A DNA stretch of 64,000 bases from Chrysomallon squamiferum (Eukaryota > Animalia > Mollusca), in contig CM022670.1 in assembly GCA_012295275.1 (NCBI GenBank), positions 2,666,001 through 2,730,000 of the forward strand, given 5' to 3'. Positions 53,698 to 64,000 of the stretch are shown here, piece by piece; within the stretch, counting starts at the first letter, position 1, and each line of letters starts with the position of its first letter. Position numbers and translations under genes: made by a program. Below the pieces are notes generated by a model that made no database searches, was not told where the DNA came from, and saw nothing but the letters and a program-made list of their open reading frames with translations.

Positions 53698-56532
53698 GGG
53701 TCATTCCGTGTCAAATCACCCAAAAAAAAAAGAAATTTAAACCCGACCGTCTCAGATTTTTATAAAACTTGGTATACTTGTTGACTGGGATCCCACAGCA
53801 CCAAATCTGACATTTTAGCTCAATCAGACCAGTGGTGTGGGAGATACGGCCCTCGGAATTTTGAGATTTTTGCCAAAAATGGGTGTGACCACCAACCTTA
53901 GAACCCTCATATCTCAGGAACTACTGGGCCAATCTTCATAAAATTGGTATTGTCAGAAAGGCAAAATGACAAGGATACCAAATCTGCCATTTTTATTTAG
54001 TTTGGAAAATATTGGAGTACCTTGACCTTTTGACCTTTGCTATGACCTTGAAATTGACCGTGTGGATCACCTGATCTTGAGATGACCTTTATTGAAATTT
54101 AATCTCCCACATGTTAACTAAAACATATAAAAGTTTCCTGGGTGTAATATTTTTTGTTTAGCCACAATATAGATTTAAAAAATGCACATACCTGAAAATA
54201 ACACGTTTACAGCCATTAACATCTGATTAACTAAAACCTGAATGATCAATTCTGGATGCTAGGGATCACCATCTTTCTTGATCATCTAGTAAGACATTGA
54301 AGGCCTACATGTATGTATAAAGTTCACATAAATTTGAGAGAACTAGGTGTTTCTGATGCTTAACCTTCTCACTATGTTTGTTTCAAATGCTCACTGTATC
54401 CTTCATTCCCAGACACATTCTACTGTTCTCATCACTTTCATAAAATTGGATTATTTCCTCCTTCAATTCATTGTCCTTTCAATGGTAAAGGGTGACAAAA
54501 TCAAGATTTGCACACGCTCTGGATAGGATTCAGACATTAAGATGTCATTTTAATGTTACTGTAGCTGATGCTAGTTTTTTTTCTGTCCTTTCATTCATTT
54601 ACTGGAATGTGCTAGTGAATGGAGTTTGACAGGCGTTTCGCCTAAACTCAACAGAATGTAATTCAAATCAAAGTCCTTTTCTGGGGAAACAACAACCAGC
54701 GGTTTGTCTGGCAAGTTATCACCAAATTCTCCCATTGTAGTACCACCCATACTAAAGCCATCCTCTGCAGGACCTTTGATTTCTGAAGGGTAATCAGACA
54801 GTCACAGCACAACTTGTCTCCTGACACTAGTGTCTTTGGAGGATTTACTAAGCATTTGTAAGTGCCCATGCTAACAATTCTTAAAGATCTAGTGCGTGCT
54901 TGCTCAGGGTGGCGATTAAGGGGATCACAACAGTTTTTCTGCGATGTTGAAAATTTGATGAAAAGTTCTTGTTCATGATACTCTTGATGTCCTGTGTTTT
55001 GATCCCACTTCAAAGAGTGAGGAGTTCGATTTCCTCAGTTTTCCATACACTTTGCAACAACTCCTTTTTGATATGATGGTGTTGATAACACACATTTTAG
55101 GAGAGTTAAAGCTGCAGTTAGCTTTGGAAGAAATAAGGATTTTCAGTATTGTTCAATAGAACAAAGTCAGTGCTTTCCTAAATATTAAATCAAATCCTGA
55201 AACCCTTTCAGTAAAGTTAAGCAGGTCATAAAATGGCAGCAGAGTACATGTGTTATTGCCAAAGGCCCACAAGTCTTAGGCATTTATGTCAATCTTCTCA
55301 AGTATAAATCACAGTTTATTAAGGTGAAGTAGACCTTATTCATAATCTGTGCCGAAGACTTGGTGTACAAAATACATTATGCAGTGCATCACTTGATGAC
55401 ATCTGATTTCAGACTGGGTTGTACTGTTGACTGAAACCTTGTTCAAAACCAATGGCAAGGCCCACATGACATGATAAAATTACTTAACAGGTTTTATGAA
55501 ATAAAAATATTGTTTATATATCAACATCTGACATTGTGTCCAACTTAAAAAGCTTCAGATTGTCAAAGAAATGCAGATGAAGAAACTTCTTTGTCTTAAA
55601 CTTCAAATTGCCATGTGCTCAATGGGGATTGCACCAGGGAATCTAAAGGAGCTCCTGACCTGCCTGAAGCATTACTTCCTGTTAACCCTTTGAGCCTGAT
55701 TGTGTAGAAACATGTCATGCCATTTGGCATCTTTTTCATATCCTTCAGGCATTCCTTCAGACATGTCAGGTGGGTTTTAACTCCAAAGATGAGTTTTTAG
55801 TCTCAGAGAAAATGTACATTGTAATGCATTGTATCAATCATCCATGCAGGTATGCATTTTTTTAAATCTCTATTAAAAACAAAAAATATTATACCCAGGA
55901 AACTTTTATATGTGAACTTTATGCATACATGTAGGCCTACAATGTCTTACTCAATGATCAAGAGAGATGGTGATTCTTAGCATCCAGAATTGATCATTCA
56001 GGTTTTAGTCAATCAGATGTTAATGGCTGAAAAGGTGTTATTTTCAGGTATGTGCATTTTTTAAATCTATATTGTGGCTAAACAAAAAATATTACACCCA
56101 GGAAACTTTTATATGTTTTAGTTAACATGTGGGAGATTAAATTTCAATAAAGGTCATCTCAAGATCACGTGATCCACACGGTCAATTTCAAGGTCATAGC
56201 AAAGGTCAAAAGGTCAAGGTACTCCAATATTTTCCAAACTAAACAAAATTGGCAGATTTGGTATCCTTGTCATTTTGCCTTTCTAACAATACCAATTTTG
56301 TGAAGATTGGCCCAGTAGTTCCTGAGATATGAGGGTTCTAAGGTTGGTGGTCACACCCATTTTTGGCAAAAATCTCAAAATTCCGTGGGCCGTATCTCCC
56401 ACACCACTGGTCTGATTGAGCTAAAATGTCAGATTTGGTGCTGTGGGATCCCAGTCAACAAGTATACCAAGTTTCATAAAAATCTGAGACGGTCGGGTTT
56501 AAACCATTGGGTGATTTGACACGGAATGACCC
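53698..56532 (-). mobile_element. Non-autonomous Sola2-like DNA transposon, 2835 bp
   Basis: TIRs of about 630 bp (53698-54330 and 55909-56532) starting GGGTCATTCCGTGTCAAATCACCCAA; 4-bp TSD TGTT at 53694-97 and 56533-36; GRG termini, long TIRs and a 4-bp TSD fit Sola2. Confidence 0.88.
54315..55013 (-). pseudogene. Decayed N-terminal part of a Sola2-type transposase
   Basis: Minus strand gives YHEQELFIKFSTSQKNCCDPLNRH...SLRIVS...GDKLCCDC, then LSLGETPVKLH, then IIQFYESDENSRMCLGMKDTVSI*...HQKHLVLSNLCELY, resembling the recalled FYxxDxxSRxxPGxKD...QKRLxLxNLxExY motif; has stops and no catalytic domain. Confidence 0.75.
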
Positions 56533-56939
56533 TGTTTTATATCAGGCCAATTTACTTTACTTGGAAACCTGCCAGTTTGCCTTGATGCAAAAAAACCATC
56601 AGAAAAACAGCTGTGTGTTATCAAATTTATTTTATCACTTCAGAATTTGTGTTTGAATCATTTTATTACAGAACTGCCATAAATGCCTAAATGTGTTTAG
56701 AATTTGCTTCGTTTCAGCTGAATATTCTTTTTTTATGGATATGGGTGAGTTAGGATTGCTTTTTGATGAGTGCTGTTGGAAAAAGTCGTATGTGTGTGTT
56801 TTAAAAAAAAAACTTGAAAAGTAATTACCCTCACTGCTGATTAATCTCAGATGAGTTGATGTTTAAAGTGCTGGCTGTTTGAGACATCTGGCTTTGCTAA
56901 TGTGCAAAAGGAAACTCTAAATCAAACTTTCAGTATGTG

Positions 56940-57370
56940 ATCACACACTTGTTAAAATTGTTTCCTTATGTTTGAAAATTATCCCTTAATGCAAAAGCAG
57001 ATTTTTACTGTATGCATTTTCAGCAGTAATGACTTCAAAAACTCTTTTCTTATTTTGTTAATTTGAATCAAAAACTGAAATTGGGATCATGCACTTCATA
57101 AAACTGTTTCCTTATGTTAGGAAATTATTAATTTAAAAAAAAACCTTTCCTTACATATTAACACAGTTCATTAATATGAAAAGCATAATTTTAGCATTAT
57201 ACATTTTTTGATAATAGCAGTGTGAAAGCTTTTATTTTTTATTTTTCTGTTATTGTGAAAAAGGGAATGCTAACCCAAAAATGAAGACTGATTGAACACT
57301 TAAAAAAGAAATGTTTCCTATGCATTAAAGTTACATCTTAATCTGAAAGCAAATGTCTGCTATATACATT
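56940..57370. repeat. Degenerate repeat x3
   Basis: cactt...tgtttcct(t)atg near 56946, 57092 and 57297. Confidence 0.55.
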
Positions 57371-60057
57371 TTGGACATTAACAACAACAAAAACATTTTT
57401 TTATATTCTTCAGTAAAACTTATTCATGGTCAAAAACTGTTTTTACAAGCCTGGTAGATAGTTATTTATATATCATAATTTTAAATACATATAAATAGAG
57501 TTTCTAGTGATAAAAAACAAACAAACAAACAACACAACTGCTTACAGAACAAATACTGTTTGATAATACAAAAATAACATTTTTACGTATGAATATACAA
57601 TTTACAGAGTTTTCCCAGACACGCTGAGGACAAGGTATCTTGCATCTGGTAGACACAGTTCATCATAATGATAATATCAAACTTCCTCTCAAGCAGTTTG
57701 AAGATTTCTCAGACTGAAACTGAGCATTTCGCTCTCTGCATGTGTCAGTGGAGGAGAAGCTGTTACAAAACGAGCTTTGTTCGAATTCACGCTGCGATCT
57801 CCTCCCAACACTGCAACTACTTCCATGTGCTTTTCAAGTGTGATAAAACTGAAAGATAGTTTCAGTAATATATATATATGTATGTATGTGTATATTATGT
57901 ATATATATGTATATATGTATGTATATGTATATTATGTGTGAGAGAGTTAGAAAAAGAGGCAGGGAGGGTTAAAGGGGATGGTTAGAGAAAGAGAGACAGA
58001 GAAAAGTCTACAGAGAGAGTAGGATTTAAGAGGGAAAGAGGGAGAGAAAGAAAGAGATGGATTTAGAGGGAGGAAAGAAGAGAGAAAGACAAATGTAGGA
58101 AGATTGTAAGGGCGATGATGAAGAAAAAATGAATACAGGAAGAATGATAAAAATAATCAGAAAAGGAAAGCAGATGAAGAGAGTAACAAGTTGAATTAAA
58201 TGTTCTGAGTGTTTATCTGACATTTTTCATATATTTAATACTTAACATCCGCTTGAAGCCTCAAATCAAAGTCAAAAGATGGTAATTTTTTTATAATGAT
58301 CTGTCCAAAAAAATTAGTTTTTTCATTTAACATAACTGAATTGCAAGTGTAGTAGTTATTTATTTAGACTTGAGGTTTGCCACTAAATCCTTCACTGTAA
58401 TGAAATATAATGAGGCTTTTTCATAATAAAATATTGTATACAAAATATTAATTCTTTAGACTAAAAATATTTATTAATAAAACTTACAGTTGAATTTTTT
58501 TTTTGTAATTTAAAAATAATTAATTTATCATTCTGTTGTTCACTGAAAATAAACTGCAATAAAAATAATAATAAAAATAAAACTTAAAAAACATTTAAAA
58601 ATATTTTATAATTTTGCTGCAAAATTTTAAAGCATCACAAAATGTTAACTTGATTTTAAATGTTTTTTTATTTCTTTATTTTAATATTAATAAGTTTATT
58701 CCTGATTATGTAGTAAATTAAAAAATTTGCGTTTATAGAAAAAAACACAACAAAAAAAAAAAAAAAAACAATAAACAAACAAAAAAGTCCACAAACAACT
58801 CCCAGCCAACCACCACAGTTAAATCAACTTAGAGAATTATTAATTACTAACTTCACATTAAGTGACATTCCATGGTTATCAAATCAAGACAAATCTGTTT
58901 ACTTCAAAATAATTTAATTAAGTGACATCATTTTTACAACTCTTGTAACATTCAGACAAATTCTGAATATTATTTTCACAAGCAGGACATTTTTTTAAAA
59001 ATCAGTTGTGTTCCTGAACTTTGTTTCCAGTTATTTTTTTATTTTTTTATTTATTTTTTTTAGTTTAATCTTTTCATTTTTCTTTAAAAAAAATAAAAAT
59101 AAAAAAGCTCTCTTAAGATTAAGAAATATTAGCTTTTATGTAAGAATACAAAATTTGTGTTATCTTAGATTTCTTATTTTTAAAATGTTTAAAATTTAAA
59201 AGTTTACTTTTTTGCTATATTTCTTCATCTCTTTATTATAATTTTATTTTACCTTTAAGTACTACTAATAAAGTAGTGATGATAATTTTGTAGTAGTAGT
59301 AGTAAAATTGTTTCATTTACTTATTTATTGCTATTATTATTATTATTTTTCTCATGAATGTGTAGCTTTAGGTGCAACTCAGTAAACTGATATAAAAGTG
59401 TGTTTCACAATTCATTACATTTAATGTTTCTCTTTTCTCTTTCATCACCTGGCTGTCATAAACATCACTGTCAATATGCTGGAATGAATTACACTTTGTC
59501 AGCTCCATATACATTTATATTTCACCCTATAGCTCAATTGCTGCATGATTTATCATACTTTCTTACTGAAAACCATCTGCTTTGACTTTGTCATTTACAA
59601 AACTTTGTGTTAAATGTTTTTATTCCATTTTTTTTTTTGTATGATTTGTGTACTGTTATGTAATATAAAACATGCTATATTACACTATAGTGATATTTAG
59701 ATAGTACAAAACAACATAACTTTAAAAACACACTTTTCTTCTGGTTTAATAAATTAATACATGTAATTATTGTATGATGACTTTGTATGTGTTTTGATTT
59801 TTTATTTAAACTTAGTTTTGTTGTTATTATTATTATTTGTTTGTTTTGTACATGATTATTTATATGCAACTTGCATGGAAATTGTAATGTGTGGATGTTT
59901 ATAAAACTGAATATAGTTCAGTGGAGTTATAATGTTCACTTAACAGTTTAACAATGTTTTGAATGGCGATGAATGCTTTACATTTTGTAATTATATTCAT
60001 TTCTAATAGAAGTTATTATTTTGTTCTTTTCTGAGAAAACCAAAAGACTATCTGAGA

Positions 60058-60093
<36 letters not shown>

Positions 60094-61059
60094 GTTTTTG
60101 TTAGGCATTTAATAAATTATTAACTATAAAAAACTGTCTAAATTATACAAAAGGAGATAATTATAAATAAATTGCTAAAATGAAACTTGATTTTGACTGT
60201 TAATTTTCATATTAATAAAAAAGTTGGGTTTTTTAAATAAAAAGGGAAAACAAAAAAAAGAAAATTAAAAATTAAAACAACTAAAAATAATATATAAAAT
60301 GTTTTCCATTAAACAAAATAATTTTCAAAACATTAGTAATTACATTTTTCTTATTTCCCATCTGAAAGTGTTTTTTTTTAATTTTAATTAATCATTATTA
60401 TTTTTTTCATTTTCTTTTTTAGTTATTTACTTATGAGGATATAATTCAGCTACAAAAATGGCTTTATTTTTTAGGGGAATCTGCTTTTCAAAAAACCAAT
60501 AAAAACATTGTTAATCTCTATTATAACCATCCATTCCAAACTGACCGTGGCTTATTTTCATGAATAAAAGAACCAATATTTACTTTCTCTGTATAATTTT
60601 CACAACAATAAGTAGGTGGCCATTATTTTGTCCAGCCTGTCAACAAAAGGGGAAATAGTTTGTCCAGTTTATGGCAGACACACATCTTGTAAATGAAAAA
60701 AATAAAAAATAAAAACGTGGTACAAAATGACCCCATTTTCTATGATTGCAGCTTTTCTCTGTACTGACAGGGATTTTTTTTTGTGTGTGCACAAAAGGCT
60801 TTGTTGGTTTCAGCTTGATTCCTAATACTACTAGACTGTGTTTTTTGTTCACTCTCAAAGTGTAAACATATTCTCATGAAGACTTTAAGGTAAATCCTTG
60901 TCCTTGTCTGACTTAGTGGTCCATCTTGCAATACATTTTTCCTGCTGCAGGTTCTTGTGAATAAAATAGCTTTCAAGTAAATCTTGGCATGTGATGAAAT
61001 TCCTATATAGTGTAATCCGTCAGCACAGTGAATTAGAATAAAAATATTCTGAACTGTAC

Positions 61060-61570
61060 ACCAGTACTCTGTGGTTACAGCATAGATCTAATGAGTTTAG
61101 GCTATTATCCTGAGGTATGACAGATCCCAGGATCAACCTTCATCAATGTACTCCTTTAAATCTATTTCTGTTAAATCTAGAAAAGACCCATTTGTTTCTG
61201 TGTTTTTTAAATATGTCATTTACTTTTAATTTATTTTTGTTTCTATATTTTTAAATATGTCATTTAAATGCTTTTAATTTAGTTCCCTTCCATCCATTTT
61301 CTATTTGTTTTAAAACATTTGGTACAGATCCCATTATATCTATTTCTGTTCCATTAATTTTTCAATGAGCATTTAAAATATAAAAAAAAAAAAAATCCCA
61401 TCATGTTTACAAATTCATGTGTATAGAGAGATTTTCACAACAGATCTCTAGTTTGTAATCAATAAATATTCCTCTAAATGGAGGGAGTGGTTTTCATTCT
61501 TGCATTATCTATGTTTGACACCTAATAACCATTAATAATGAAATGAAATGAAGTGTTGTTATACAAATAT
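61060..61570 (+). mobile_element. Highly degenerate tRNA-headed SINE relic
   Basis: gatcccaggatcaacc B-box-like head; 3' part atgtttgacacctaataacc...aatgaagtgttgtta resembles the tail at 42740-42810. Confidence 0.35.
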
Positions 61571-62152
61571 TAATTTTTTTCTCATCTGTTCAGCTGTAGG
61601 TTTGCTGATTTTTAAAAAAAAAATTTAACTAGGAGGATATTATTTACATTCATAAGTTATTTCATTGCTGTTTGTGACACCAGTAATTTGAGAAAACAAG
61701 CTCTTCAGTTTGTTTTTATCTTCTGTTTTACATCCATGACATTGCAATATAACCCCTTTTTTTTAAATTCAGATATAAAATTTATCATTTATAAGTTCTT
61801 TGAGAATAACCTTACGTTTTTTAAGATACGTGAACTTTTTTTTTTTTTAAATGAATTCTTTATCAAATTTGAATTCAGAAAGGAGAAAAGCACTGCCCAA
61901 TCTTGTTCCAAAGTTCAAGGTAATTTTTTGTTCAAAACTAATAATTGAAATCTGATGAAAGACCAGTGGATAGATCATATTATGTATATTTATTTATTTA
62001 TTTATTTATATTTATTTTATTTTATTTTATTTTATTTTATTTTATTTTATTTTATTTTATTTTATTATAATTATTACATATATATATATATTTTTTTTAA
62101 TTATTATTATTGTTTTTATTGCTGTTATTGTTGTTATTATTGTTATTATTAC

Positions 62153-62212
<60 letters not shown>

Positions 62213-64000
62213 CTTATAAATTGGTTACATTAATAAACTCATTTACCATCTTGATGTAATTAATAATGTTTTAACAAGATACAATTGTAGAATAATCTGA
62301 AAATATAAAATCATTAACAACATCTATTTCAAAAGCAAGCAGAAGATGCCAACTATGATATTTGCATAGATCTCTCTACTACAAACTGGTTATGTTTATC
62401 ATTTTTATTACTTTCTCCAGTTAATTATAAAAAACATTATTTCCTAAATCTACTAATAAAACAAGTCTACAAAATGTATATTTTATAATAAAATACTCTT
62501 TTAATATTAATATGGATGGGTTTTTAAAATGTTTTTATCACATCACTAATCCATTAAATTTTTTTTTATGAAAAAAATGTTCTTTTAATATTATTGTGGA
62601 AGGGTTTTTAAAAATTTGTTTATTACTGAAAAGGATTACATCCATATTTTATTAAGAGAGAGGGTTACCAACTGGGTTAATAGTTTCACTGGAAGTCTGT
62701 TTATTTCCAGTTAAATCAAAATTATTCTCTTTTATTGGCAATAAATGAGAATGTAATGTCTTCTCTGACATATCAGTTAATATTCAAAGCTTAAAGGATA
62801 TTTGAAAAATTATCTAAAATATGATTTTTTAATATTTTGTTGAGAATAAATTTAGTAAAGTCTGTTATCAATGTAATTATGTAAAGTTTAAGTGTTTGTT
62901 AAGTAAAATTTCTAGCAACATTTAAATCTACCATTTGTTTTAAATATTCTTTAAGATCATGTTACAAAATTCTCTTTTGTTTATTTCTTGTTGTTGCTTA
63001 TTTGAAATTATTATTGTTGTCATTTTGCATTATGAAAACAGCATATGTATTTACTGTGAATATATAACAATATATTTATATATACTTAATAAATTATTAT
63101 TATTATTATTTTATTTTATTTTTGTAATGAAAAACATTTTCATATTTTTAATGCTGCATTTTATAAAAATTTCTAACACGAAAAACGTCTTTTACCATCT
63201 CAAACAATTTATTTTATTATATGTTAATAATAATTTAAAAAAATAATAATTATCTTCATCTCTTTTTAAATTATTGATGAAAAGTTTGCATTACAAAAAT
63301 ATATTAACTTCTGCAGAAGTTAGAAATGTTTTTCATAAAAAATTAATTTGACATTTTTTTTTTTTTGTATAAACATAAATATTTAAATTCTTCCAGAATT
63401 ATCTCATGGTTTAGAGTTATCTCAGAATTAAACTGGTGTCAGTAGGTACTACAGCCCAAATCTGATGCCACAAGATTAATGAAAATTAGAAGAAAAAAAA
63501 AGAAAAAAAAAGAGTGTATTTGATAAAATGCACTTGTTGAAACCCCTTAGCCATTTCTTAGACAAACAAATGAAAAAAACATTCAAATAACCAAATTACC
63601 TGCCACAGAGTACAACAAAATATTTGTTAAATTTGAAAAATTCGATATTAATTTCAGCAGAAACCGTGAAAATTAGACATTTTGGCACTTCCCTGACAGA
63701 AACATTTTTCATTACATTTGTGAGTTTTTTTAATTTTTAAATTTTTTTTTTTTTTGTGTGTGTGTAAATATGTTTCATTTTACATTGATAGTGATAAGTT
63801 TTTGAGTTGTTTTTTTTTATACTTAAAAAAAAAAAAAAAGGCATTTACAGAATTCAGTTTCACTAAATTAGAAATAACAAAAAAATATGTATGTTCTTTT
63901 TTTTTTTTTTTTTTTCTGTATGCCATTAGTGTATACAAATGTTATTTTATTTAGTTATTTTTCATTTCTTAAATTTTATTTTATTTAGTCATATTTTATT

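Overview
AT-rich, microsatellite-laden animal genomic DNA with spliceosomal introns, most likely a mollusc (inferred from the repeat families and the protein C-terminal module). It holds three + strand genes. Two are tandem paralogues (~1.2-5.2 kb and ~12.4-15.1 kb) with identical exon structure: signal-peptide exon, one exon for an IgGFc-binding-protein (FCGBP) N-terminal domain, and a last exon with a Ser/Thr-rich stalk, a shared CxC...LxVxKxxLSxTxRxxxSxxDxR module and one transmembrane helix. Gene 1 has a 72-bp coding tandem repeat and several frameshifts. The third gene is the 5' end of dachsous: a probable non-coding exon ending at 21970 and a large exon encoding a signal peptide, EC1-EC5 and the start of EC6. 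Its splice acceptor is the last unit of a tandem array of acceptor-like repeats. The remaining >37 kb is dachsous intron, CpG-poor, with enhancer-like islands, old tandem repeats, SINE relics and a 2.8-kb Sola2-like DNA transposon (~630-bp TIRs, TGTT target duplication, decayed transposase). Most short ORFs in the track are microsatellite artefacts. Family assignments come from recalled motifs, not database searches.
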